Shown here piece by piece: positions 38,832-48,035 of a stretch of 64,000 nt of DNA (positions are counted from its first letter, which is position 1; each line of letters begins with the position of its first letter). Source of the stretch: an uncultured Clostridia bacterium (GTDB taxonomy: Bacteria; Bacillota; Clostridia; TANB77; CAG-508). The stretch covers positions 332,299 to 396,298 of the forward strand of contig CAKOSX010000001.1 of assembly GCA_934119935.1 (NCBI GenBank), in the 5' to 3' direction. The notes beneath the pieces were generated by a model. It had not been told where the DNA came from. It ran no database searches and was given only the letters and a program-made list of their open reading frames with translations. The position numbers and the translations under genes are program-made.

Positions 38832-40532
38832 GTGAACAAACTAAAAAAATATCTAACTAAAGAAAATATTATAATAACTATAGTCCTACTAGTTGGAGCT
38901 ATTATATCTTCCGTTTTTATGTTCAAGCAGGTATACAACGGAATAGATACCGCATATCACATGTCAAGAATAATCGGCATAACAAACAGCTGGAAAGCTG
39001 GAGATTTACTAGCATACATACATTTGAACACTAGTGGATATGGCTATGCAATGGGTTTCTTTTATAGCAATTTATTTATTATTCTACCTAGCATTTTATA
39101 TATGCTAGGTATGAACATAATTTTAGTATATAAAATATTTATACTAATGTGCAGCATTGCAACTGCAATAACCATGTACATATGCACAAAACAAATAAGC
39201 AAAAGCAAGTATGCAGCAACTATATCAGCATTTTTATACACAACTTGTAGCTATAGAATAATTACTCTTGTTGTGAAGGCTTTTGTTGGCGAGATTCTAA
39301 GCTTCATTTTTATCCCACTAATAATTTTAGGATTGTACCAATTAATTTTTGGAGATTCAAAAAAGTGGTGGATTTTTACTATTGGATTTGTTGGAATTTT
39401 GAATTCTAATCTGGTAATGACGGAAATTATGATTTATATTTCTGCTGTTTTTGTATTGTGTAATATTAAAAAGATTATAAAGGATAAGGGCAGACTCAAG
39501 GGTTTCATAAAAGCGACTGTTTTAGCATTGTTAGTAAGTGCAATGTTTTGGATGCCTATGATTGAACAGCTTATAAAATCAACATTTCACATGAAAGATG
39601 GAATGAACATGTATAGGCCTACATGGTGGCTGTTAAGTTTTGGGGACTTATTTAACGGGCTGATGAAGCTCGGAACCCAAATTACGCCTGCTTATGGACT
39701 TGGTTTTATATTTATTGTGATAGCAATATTACGTTTAGCAATAAGAAATGTAGATGCACAAAAGCTAAAATTTTGCGATATATCAATTTTAGCAGGATTG
39801 GTGTTATTGCTATGCATGACAAAATTTTTTCCATGGAAATACTTAAAAACTTTAGGAGGAATGATTCAATTTCCAAGTAGACTAGAAGTGCCAGCGGCAG
39901 CATTTTTCTCAATTGCATCTGGAATGATCTGCCACTACTTAACGGAGAAAAAAACAATATTAAGAAGAATTATTTTTGGAATAATCATAATATATCAGAT
40001 TGGATTTGTGTTTATGTGCATAAAATCTTGTGAAGATGCTCTGATTGAAGTTGAGCTATACAGAGGACTTGATAGTGTATATATTGATGAGAATTTTGAG
40101 TACGATATTTGCGATGGCATGTATTTGCCGGAAGGCGCAAACGTACAAAGTAAACTGATAAGCCACGGAAGGCATGAAGAAAAAGAAGATAAATATAAGA
40201 CTAATAATAGCGAGTGTAATTTCAAATATGCAAAGAATGGACTTAAAGTAAACATATCATTTGAAAACAATAAAGAAGTCAATACTTATATAGAAGTTCC
40301 AATTTATTACTATTATGGTTATGTAGCAGAAAATCCAGAAAATAACACAAAATATAAAATCGAAAAAGGAGACGAAGGCGTAATTCGAGTATATTTGGAA
40401 AATTCGGAATCTGGAACAATACAAATATATTATAAAACTACAATAGTTCAGAAATTATCAATTATTATTACAATTGTAACATTATTGGGAATAATAATTT
40501 GCAAAAAAAATCAGCATAATGGGCATTTGTAA
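38832..40532 (+). CDS. Polytopic membrane protein, putative GT-C type glycosyltransferase (YfhO/O-antigen-ligase-like)
   Basis: 566 aa, 10+ TM with C-terminal extracytoplasmic domain; GTG start 6 nt after LRR gene stop. Confidence 0.5.
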   Translation: MNKLKKYLTKENIIITIVLLVGAIISSVFMFKQVYNGIDTAYHMSRIIGITNSWKAGDLLAYIHLNTSGYGYAMGFFYSNLFIILPSILYMLGMNIILVYKIFILMCSIATAITMYICTKQISKSKYAATISAFLYTTCSYRIITLVVKAFVGEILSFIFIPLIILGLYQLIFGDSKKWWIFTIGFVGILNSNLVMTEIMIYISAVFVLCNIKKIIKDKGRLKGFIKATVLALLVSAMFWMPMIEQLIKSTFHMKDGMNMYRPTWWLLSFGDLFNGLMKLGTQITPAYGLGFIFIVIAILRLAIRNVDAQKLKFCDISILAGLVLLLCMTKFFPWKYLKTLGGMIQFPSRLEVPAAAFFSIASGMICHYLTEKKTILRRIIFGIIIIYQIGFVFMCIKSCEDALIEVELYRGLDSVYIDENFEYDICDGMYLPEGANVQSKLISHGRHEEKEDKYKTNNSECNFKYAKNGLKVNISFENNKEVNTYIEVPIYYYYGYVAENPENNTKYKIEKGDEGVIRVYLENSESGTIQIYYKTTIVQKLSIIITIVTLLGIIICKKNQHNGHL

Positions 40533-40657
40533 GCCAGTACCTTGTATAGCCTATAAAATTGACATATTATGTTTAGTATAGTATAATAAAAAAAGGTCAT
40601 TTCAATTGTTGTGCACGGATGTAATTACATTTTATCACAAAGAAAGGAAGGGTTTTT

Positions 40658-42031
40658 ATGAAGCAACGGAGGCAAAGAAGGAGGGCCCACACAGATTTTT
40701 ATGTAGTGGGAATACTATTTTTGCTTGTAATTGTTGGAGTGTGGGTGTTTAGCAACACACACTTCCTAAGAGGTACGTTCATTGGAGGAGTTGACTGCTC
40801 GTATTTAACAGTCGACGATGCCTTGAACAAAGTTCAACAGGAGGCAGGAGAATACACAAATAAGCTGTACTTTATCGATGAAACGACATATGATGTGAAA
40901 AACTGCGAGATTGGAGTTGTTTTTGAACGGGATAAGTTCGAGAGCGTTTTCAAGAGACAGCATGATGACAAAAATGTTAACAGAGTTTATGGAGTTAGCG
41001 ATGTAACGTCGATTAACGAAGGACAAGTCGCAATGTATCTGACAACGATTCCGGAATTGCAGCAGGCGAATATGGTGGAGCCGAAAGATGCTCACATAAC
41101 TTGGGATGGTGCAAGTTTTGGAACCGAAAAAGAAACCATTGGCAACATGATTGATTTTAACGAAGCACTGGAATTCACGCTTCAAGAGCTTAGAGCCGAT
41201 GAAAACGAAATCTATCTTTCTGATATAACTCGGTCAGTACCTAGTGTGACTGAGGGAGATCTTGAAGGAAGAGTGGCGTATCTGAATAGACTTTTGAAGA
41301 GCTGTATTAACATTACTTTAAGCGATGGATCTGTTGTGACGCTTGACTATAACACGATAAAGTCGTGGATCGGGCAAGATGAGAATGGAGACTTCTCTAT
41401 TAATGTTAATGCTGGCGTTCCGAGTTTTGTTGAAGAATTGGCTACAAAGGTCGATAAGGCAAATGCAACAATGCGTTTTAAGGCTACCAACCGGAGCAAT
41501 CTTGTTAGCGTAAAGGTTCCCAAGAGCCGTAGAGCTAAGTTAAACAAGGAAGCCGAAGCAAATCAGCTGGAAGCATTGCTGGGGTCTACCGAACCTGTGG
41601 ATTGTACTCCAATCTATGAAGGAAATTTAATTTCCGAAGCCGATTTGTCAAATCGTGTCGAAATCGATATTACAAATCAGCATGTCTGGATGTATAAAGA
41701 CAATACGCTCATTGCAGACACAGACTGCGTCACTGGCAACGAAAGTGCTGGACACAGTACGCCTACGGGAGTGTACAAGTTGATATACAAAGAAAGGGAC
41801 AGATATCTCAGAGGCAAAAACGATGACGGAACTGACTATTGTTCGTTTGTGAAATACTGGATGCCGTTCAACGGAGGAGTCGGATTGCACGACGCATCGT
41901 GGCGCAGTAAATTTGGCGGAGACATTTACAAAAACGGTGGTTCACACGGTTGCGTAAATCTTCCCAGAAGCGTTGCGGAAACGATATATAACAACATCGA
42001 CAGTTCCTATTTCATAATCGTGTACAAGTAA
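40658..42031 (+). CDS. L,D-transpeptidase (YkuD domain) with N-terminal anchor and VanW-like region
   Basis: C-terminal HDASWRS...GGSHGCVNL catalytic His/Cys motif; locally elevated GC. Confidence 0.75.
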   Translation: MKQRRQRRRAHTDFYVVGILFLLVIVGVWVFSNTHFLRGTFIGGVDCSYLTVDDALNKVQQEAGEYTNKLYFIDETTYDVKNCEIGVVFERDKFESVFKRQHDDKNVNRVYGVSDVTSINEGQVAMYLTTIPELQQANMVEPKDAHITWDGASFGTEKETIGNMIDFNEALEFTLQELRADENEIYLSDITRSVPSVTEGDLEGRVAYLNRLLKSCINITLSDGSVVTLDYNTIKSWIGQDENGDFSINVNAGVPSFVEELATKVDKANATMRFKATNRSNLVSVKVPKSRRAKLNKEAEANQLEALLGSTEPVDCTPIYEGNLISEADLSNRVEIDITNQHVWMYKDNTLIADTDCVTGNESAGHSTPTGVYKLIYKERDRYLRGKNDDGTDYCSFVKYWMPFNGGVGLHDASWRSKFGGDIYKNGGSHGCVNLPRSVAETIYNNIDSSYFIIVYK

Positions 42032-42094
42032 TTGAAAAGTTAGGTGCAGTGAAAATTGCAAATAATTTAGAAATTACAAGTGCAACAGAGAACC

Positions 42095-42135
42095 CTATGC
42101 AGAGGCGAGCTCAATGAGCTCGTCTTTGCGTTTTG
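42095..42135 (+). terminator. Rho-independent terminator
   Basis: gcgagctc-aat-gagctcgtc hairpin then TTTGCGTTTTGTG. Confidence 0.5.
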
Positions 42136-42255
42136 TGTTAATTATTTCAGCTATATTTCAATTAGATTTTAGTTACATTACAATTTGGCTAAAATATTGA
42201 AACAACCCGTATCATGTGCTACAATATACTTTATAAACTGTATGTAGGGGGAAAA

Positions 42256-43392
42256 ATGATGATAAATTTAAACCAAGGAAGAAAATATAAACAACTAAAC
42301 AAAGGAATAACTCTGGTGGCTCTTGTTGTAACGATTGTAGTTTTGCTTATATTAGCAGGAATAAGCATTAATCTTTTATTGGGTGAGAATGGCATAATAA
42401 AAAAAGCGAAAGAAGCGAGAGAAAAAACAGCAGAGGGCAAAACAAATGATATGCTTGGAATGAACCAGCTTATACAAGATATGTATGACTTAGAAAATTC
42501 CGAGAACAAAAAAGAGAATGATAAGGGTGATGACAAATCTGACGAAGTAAAAAAGTATAAAGTTACTATTCAATTTATTAATAGAGAAAATCAAAGCATA
42601 GTAAATTTTGGTAGTATCGAAATCTATGAAGGAGAATCAATTGGTCAAGATGCGAAGCAAATTGCAACCATTAGTGGAAAAAATGAAACAGAAAATGTTA
42701 TTTCTTTAGCTAAAGGCACATATACTGTAAGATGTTTGAAAGCACCTGATGGATACAAAAAAACAGCAGAAGATATTACTTTTAATGTGGATGAAAATGA
42801 TGAAAATAAATGGAAGATTGAAGTTACAAACGGTTCTTCAATATTACCTTCGACTGGTTCTTCTAGTATATACAGTATAACAGTTGAAGACGGAAGTAGT
42901 AACATTTCTACAAAAGGTGTTCAGTCTTTAACAGTACAATATGAGGGGCGTGAAGGAGTTAGATTAGAAATTATACCAATTGGAGAATATGATGAAAATA
43001 CGAAAAAAATTGTTGTAGATGATGAAATCGCCTCAATACTCGGAATAGAAAAAGAATTTGATAATAGAATAGTTGACTCGTCAAAAGCTGAAGATGTATA
43101 TCAGTATGTTAAGAAAAAACAGTTAATTGGAATTTCTAGTATAACCGACAGTGATGGGCGTTCTACGTTTTCGGAACTTGTGCCAAATATATATTTTGTA
43201 AAAACATCGTTGAGTAGCAAGTGTGATTTTATAATTAGTATGCCACTTTATGTGAAGGTGCCCGATGAAGAAGTATGTTATTATAATAGTGTTACTTTAA
43301 CACACGAAAAAAGAGGTACAGATAAGGAAGATGATTACTTTCTTGGAATTACAGACAATATAGATCAACCAATACCACCAATAAAAAAATAA
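42256..43392 (+). CDS. Prepilin-like-leader protein with two CnaB/SpaA-type pilin-like domains
   Basis: Leader KGITLVALVVTIVVLLILAGISINLLLGENGII; CnaB signature GTYTVRCLKAPDGYKK...ITFNV; second domain DGRSTFSELVPNIYFVKT; internal LPSTG. Confidence 0.6.
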   Translation: MMINLNQGRKYKQLNKGITLVALVVTIVVLLILAGISINLLLGENGIIKKAKEAREKTAEGKTNDMLGMNQLIQDMYDLENSENKKENDKGDDKSDEVKKYKVTIQFINRENQSIVNFGSIEIYEGESIGQDAKQIATISGKNETENVISLAKGTYTVRCLKAPDGYKKTAEDITFNVDENDENKWKIEVTNGSSILPSTGSSSIYSITVEDGSSNISTKGVQSLTVQYEGREGVRLEIIPIGEYDENTKKIVVDDEIASILGIEKEFDNRIVDSSKAEDVYQYVKKKQLIGISSITDSDGRSTFSELVPNIYFVKTSLSSKCDFIISMPLYVKVPDEEVCYYNSVTLTHEKRGTDKEDDYFLGITDNIDQPIPPIKK

Positions 43393-43401
43393 AGTGAAAA
43401 A

Positions 43402-43432
43402 CAGACAGCATTTTATTACTGTCTGTTTTTCA
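43402..43432 (+). terminator. Rho-independent terminator
   Basis: acagacag-cattttattact-ctgtctgt hairpin plus TTTTT. Confidence 0.65.
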
Positions 43433-43482
43433 TTTTCAAATGAATAATTGCAATATGCCTTCGTGCCTATTATTTGGCAATT

Positions 43483-43530
43483 TGTACATTTTTTGCTCCG
43501 TCCCCGAAATGCTTTCCCGAAATGCTCTTT
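43483..43530. repeat. Inverted GGGGACGGAG/TGTACA unit
   Basis: TGTACAttttttgCTCCGTCCCCgaaatgctttcccgaaatgc. Confidence 0.7.
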
Positions 43531-43595
43531 TAAAATCTGGTTTTATGTGTTAGAATATATAGGAAAAATAATGTTTTAGAGAGGATTTTGCAATA

Positions 43596-44549
43596 ATGGC
43601 AGGGATAGTTGGAATTACAGAAATTAAGAACAGATTGCCACAAGATTTTGTAGATAATTTGTATGAATTGTTTACGCCTGGCGTGGTAGATAATATTTTT
43701 AGAGGAATAGCCGAAAAAAGGCTTACTACTCTAAGGGTAAATACACTGAAATATGATATTCAAAGTTTGATGAAGTATTTTAAAGAGATAAATATAAAGT
43801 TTGAGAGAGTGTTATGGTATAATGATGCTCTTATTATAAAGAATGCAAATGAGAAGGATATTCAAAAACTTGATATATACCAGAAAGGGTATATTTATTT
43901 GCAAAGTTTGTCGAGTATGGTTCCACCACTTGTTTTGAATCCGAAAGATGGCGAAAATGTACTTGATTTGACGGCAGCACCGGGAAGTAAAACTACTCAA
44001 ATTGCAGCTTTAATGAATGGAAAAGGCTATGTTTTAGCAAACGAATTGGATAAGCTAAGATGTGAAAGGCTAAAATACAATGTTCAAAGCCAAGGGGCAG
44101 ATATTGTTGAGGTTGTTAATGGTAGAGGAGAAAAAATTGGTGAGCAGTATCCAGAAAAATTTGACAAAGTTTTGCTAGATACGCCATGTAGTGGAGAAGG
44201 AAGATTTACAATATACAATGTACAAAGCTACAAAACATGGTCAACCAAAACAGTTAACGATTTAACAAAGATGCAAAGAAAATTATTCAAGAGTGCATTT
44301 AATAGCTTAAAGCCGAATGGAACTCTAGTTTATTCTACGTGTACACTAAACAAGCAGGAAAACGAAGAGATTTTGCAATGGGCACTAGATAATTTTAATG
44401 TAAAGTTGGCACCAATCAACATTGATATAAGAGAAGGTCTCCCAGCATTTAATGCAGGAATGAATAAAGACATAAAAAAAGCGATAAGAATACTACCATC
44501 TAAAAATATGGAAGGATTCTTCGTATCTAAATTTATAAAGGGAGAATGA
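43596..44549 (+). CDS. rRNA cytosine-C5 methyltransferase (NOL1/NOP2/Sun, RsmB/RsmF-like)
   Basis: LDLTAAPGSKT SAM motif; DTPCSGEG and TLVYSTCT catalytic Cys motifs. Confidence 0.75.
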   Translation: MAGIVGITEIKNRLPQDFVDNLYELFTPGVVDNIFRGIAEKRLTTLRVNTLKYDIQSLMKYFKEINIKFERVLWYNDALIIKNANEKDIQKLDIYQKGYIYLQSLSSMVPPLVLNPKDGENVLDLTAAPGSKTTQIAALMNGKGYVLANELDKLRCERLKYNVQSQGADIVEVVNGRGEKIGEQYPEKFDKVLLDTPCSGEGRFTIYNVQSYKTWSTKTVNDLTKMQRKLFKSAFNSLKPNGTLVYSTCTLNKQENEEILQWALDNFNVKLAPINIDIREGLPAFNAGMNKDIKKAIRILPSKNMEGFFVSKFIKGE

Positions 44550-44654
44550 AAAAACATAGAAATAAAAATCTAAAATAAAAGATAAAACTATAAGAGATGA
44601 AAAACTCGAAGCAACAAAGTAATGTAAAATAAAAAGAAAGGAATGAATTTTATA

Positions 44655-45533
44655 ATGAAAGACGAATTAATAGACTGCCTAGCCTACGACGGAAAGGTAA
44701 GCATAAAATGTATATCATCGAAAGAAATAGTAGAAACAGCAAGAAAGCTACACGACCTAAGCCCAACAGCATCAGCTGCATTGGGAAGATTACTTACAAT
44801 AACAAGCATAATGGGGTATGAGTTAAAGACAGATGAGGCTTCTGTAACAAACCAAATAAAAGGCGATGGCCCAATTGGAATTTTAACAGCAGTTGGTGCA
44901 TGCAATGGAAATGTAAAAGGATATGTTGGCAACAGCAAGATTGATCTACCAATAAGAGAATCAGATGGAAAAATTGATGTTGGTGAAGCCGTTGGAAAAC
45001 AAGGAATGTTATATATAATAAAAGACCTTGGAATAGGCAAGCCATATGTTGGAATGACTCAAATTGTGAGTGGTGAGATTACAGAAGATTTTACAAACTA
45101 TTTTGCAACATCTGAACAAACCCCAACAGTAATTGCACTTGGAGTATTAGTAGACAAAAACGGAATAAAATCTGCCGGAGGCTACAAACTTTCTTTAATG
45201 CCAGATGCTGGAGAAGACGAAATTTCAAAAATAGAAGAGCAAATAAAAAACATCGAACCTGTAAGCAAAATGTTAGACGAAAATAAAACATTAGAAGAAA
45301 TTGCAAGAGCTGTAACAGGAGACGAAAATTTACAGATCCTTGATAGAATAACACCAAAATTTGAATGCAATTGTTCAAGAGAAAAATGCGAAAAAGGATT
45401 AATCGCAATAGGAAAAAAAGAACTAGAAGACATCATAAAGGAAGAAGAAAAAATACAAATAGAATGCAACTTCTGTGATACAAAATATGAATTCACAAGA
45501 GAAGAATTACAAGAAATTGCAAATAAAATGTAA
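44655..45533 (+). CDS. hslO: Redox-regulated chaperone Hsp33
   Basis: C-terminal zinc centre CNCSREKC ... CNFCD; N-terminal YDGKVSIKCISS; start placed at MKDEL. Confidence 0.85.
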   Translation: MKDELIDCLAYDGKVSIKCISSKEIVETARKLHDLSPTASAALGRLLTITSIMGYELKTDEASVTNQIKGDGPIGILTAVGACNGNVKGYVGNSKIDLPIRESDGKIDVGEAVGKQGMLYIIKDLGIGKPYVGMTQIVSGEITEDFTNYFATSEQTPTVIALGVLVDKNGIKSAGGYKLSLMPDAGEDEISKIEEQIKNIEPVSKMLDENKTLEEIARAVTGDENLQILDRITPKFECNCSREKCEKGLIAIGKKELEDIIKEEEKIQIECNFCDTKYEFTREELQEIANKM

Positions 45534-45550
45534 AAAGTATAGAAGGTAAA

Positions 45551-46213
45551 ATGAAAAATTTATTAATAGATTCTAGAATTAGAAAAGAAGAAAATGAATA
45601 TTTGAGCCAATATTTCACTGTTATAAAAATCCCATTATCAAAAGATGTATACGAAGAAATCTCAGGGCATAGCGACATATTCTATTGCAAGCTACAAGAC
45701 AAAATAATATGTGCTCCTAATGCACCAATAAAAGAAAAAAACTTCATAATTGGAGATAGCAAAGTAGAAAAAACATATCCCAAAGACATTCCATATAACG
45801 CTTGTGAAATAGGCAGTTTAATTATTGGCAGTAAATACACAGACAAAAAAATAAATACAAACATAATTGTAAAACAAGGGTACACCAAATGTTCAATCTG
45901 CGTAACAAGTCCAAATTCATGCATTACAAGCGACTTTTCAATTGCAAAAAAACTTAAAGAAAATGGAATAGATTCAACTTATATAGAAGAAAATAATATA
46001 AGATTATTAAAAAAAGATGCAACATATTCAAAAATGAAAGGTTTTATTGGAGGCGCAAGCTTTGTGTTTGACAATAAATTCGTTCTATTTGGTGACATAG
46101 AAAAACTCGAAAGCAAAGAAAAAATTAAAGAACACATAAAAAAATACAATTTGCAACTAATAGATTTTAAAGGGCTTGAAGTACACGATTACGGAGGAGC
46201 AATTGAATATTAA
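45551..46213 (+). CDS. Hypothetical protein (220 aa)
   Basis: Intact ORF, no recognisable motif. Confidence 0.45.
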   Translation: MKNLLIDSRIRKEENEYLSQYFTVIKIPLSKDVYEEISGHSDIFYCKLQDKIICAPNAPIKEKNFIIGDSKVEKTYPKDIPYNACEIGSLIIGSKYTDKKINTNIIVKQGYTKCSICVTSPNSCITSDFSIAKKLKENGIDSTYIEENNIRLLKKDATYSKMKGFIGGASFVFDNKFVLFGDIEKLESKEKIKEHIKKYNLQLIDFKGLEVHDYGGAIEY

Positions 46214-46402
46214 GAATGAGCCAAAGTTGAAAGAATTAATATCAAAAAACGTAGAAATCAATAATAAGGTACATATCAAAAATCTGCAATAATCAACAGG
46301 GAAAGCAAGACTTATGCAAGTTTAAGAAAACACATAAAAAATATTGCAGTAAAAGGCCATTAATGATATACTATATCCGAAAAAAACTTAGGAGGAAGAG
46401 TG

Positions 46403-48016
46403 ATGAAAGAAAAAAATATGCAAAACAAAAGCATTGAGATTGGAAAATCACAAGAAAAGAAAACAAGAGCAAAAGGAATAACGCTAATTGCCTTAGTAAT
46501 AACAATAGTTATACTACTAATATTAGCAGGAATAAGCATAAACCTGGTATTAGGCGAAAACGGAATAATATCAAAAGCTCAAGAATCAAGGCTAAAGTCA
46601 GACAATGCAACAGTTTCAGACTCATTAAAAATGATGATAGCAAGATACTCAATAGACGACATGGGCGAAGGCAAAACAGACGTACTTGCAAGACTGAATT
46701 CTGATGGAATAACAGACGCAAACGATGTAATAAATGTACCAGTTTTAGTCGGGGAAAAACTTGGAACAGGAAATGGTAGTGGAACAAAAGATGTGTATGT
46801 TATAAAAGATAACAAATTATACTACTATGACAAAAAAGGCGAAAAAACAGACCTTGGAGATATAGCCAACTTGCAATTTAGCGGAGACAAACAAGAATCT
46901 GGAATATTTGTAATTACATCAGATGGAACAGTATACATGAAAGATAGGCAGTCTGGAGTTTATAGCGATGAATATGAGCGTTCTACAAAAGAGGTTATAA
47001 TTCCGAGTGAAATAAATGGAATTAAAGTAAAAAAACTTGGAAATTATATGTTCTGTAACTACATTGCTTTAGAAACTGTTGGAATTCCGGATGGAGTAAC
47101 TGAAATTGGAAATTATGCTTTTTATGGTTGTAGCAAAATTGACAATATTGTTATGCCAAACAGTGTTGAATGGATTGGAAAAGGTGCTTTTTGTGAATGT
47201 AGTGAAATTGCTAATATTATAATACCAGATGGTGTTACTAGCATAGGAGATCTTGCTTTCGCAGGGTGTTCTGGCTTGGAAAATATAAAAATGTCGGAAA
47301 ATATACAATATGTTGGAGATTTAGCTTTTGCAGGAACCAAATGGCTAAAAACACTTCCAGAAGGACTACTTTATTTTGGGAATATTCTTTATGCTTATAA
47401 TGGAGAAATACCACAAGGTACAACTATAGAAATTAAAGATGGAGTTACAAGAATTAATGGAGAGGCTTTTTCAAATCAAAAGGGGCTAATAGCCATAAAA
47501 ATACCAGATAGCGTTAAAAAAATTGGAGGAAGTGCTTTTAGTGGATGCAGTGAACTGACAAGCATAATAATACCTGATAGCGTAACAAGTATAGGAGAAG
47601 ATGCTTTTGAAGATTGTACTAAATTATCAAGTATAGATATTTCTGATAGTATAGAATATGTAGGATATGATGCTTTTCAAAGGACAGCATGGCTTAACAA
47701 TCAAAACGATGGAGTGGTTTATATTGGAAAAATATTATACTGCTATAAAGGAGAAATGCCAAGCAATACAACTATAACGGTAAAAGAGGGAACTACAAGT
47801 ATTGCTGGAATCTGTTTTGCAGAATGTACAAACCTTATAAGTATTACAATCCCAAAGAGCGTAACATATATAGGAATGGGAGCATTTTATATGTGTGATA
47901 ATTTAAAAACAATAAATTATAAAGGTTCAAAGGAAGATTGGAATAATATAACAATTGAAATACAGGCACCTGATGGATCTGGAATAACTGCAACTATCAA
48001 TTATAATTATAAATAA
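46403..48016 (+). CDS. Prepilin-like-leader BspA-type leucine-rich repeat surface protein
   Basis: RAKGITLIALVITIVILLILAGISINLVLGENGII leader; multiple IPDSVTSIGD.AF..C LRR_5 repeats; RBS ttaggagg. Confidence 0.65.
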   Translation: MKEKNMQNKSIEIGKSQEKKTRAKGITLIALVITIVILLILAGISINLVLGENGIISKAQESRLKSDNATVSDSLKMMIARYSIDDMGEGKTDVLARLNSDGITDANDVINVPVLVGEKLGTGNGSGTKDVYVIKDNKLYYYDKKGEKTDLGDIANLQFSGDKQESGIFVITSDGTVYMKDRQSGVYSDEYERSTKEVIIPSEINGIKVKKLGNYMFCNYIALETVGIPDGVTEIGNYAFYGCSKIDNIVMPNSVEWIGKGAFCECSEIANIIIPDGVTSIGDLAFAGCSGLENIKMSENIQYVGDLAFAGTKWLKTLPEGLLYFGNILYAYNGEIPQGTTIEIKDGVTRINGEAFSNQKGLIAIKIPDSVKKIGGSAFSGCSELTSIIIPDSVTSIGEDAFEDCTKLSSIDISDSIEYVGYDAFQRTAWLNNQNDGVVYIGKILYCYKGEMPSNTTITVKEGTTSIAGICFAECTNLISITIPKSVTYIGMGAFYMCDNLKTINYKGSKEDWNNITIEIQAPDGSGITATINYNYK

Positions 48017-48035
48017 ATTTTATAGGAGGTAAAAA

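Noticed and set aside
42880-42900. Internal LPSTG of 42256..43392 as a functional C-terminal cell-wall sorting signal
   Set aside because: It is not followed by a hydrophobic segment and basic tail. The protein continues for about 180 aa of globular domain.
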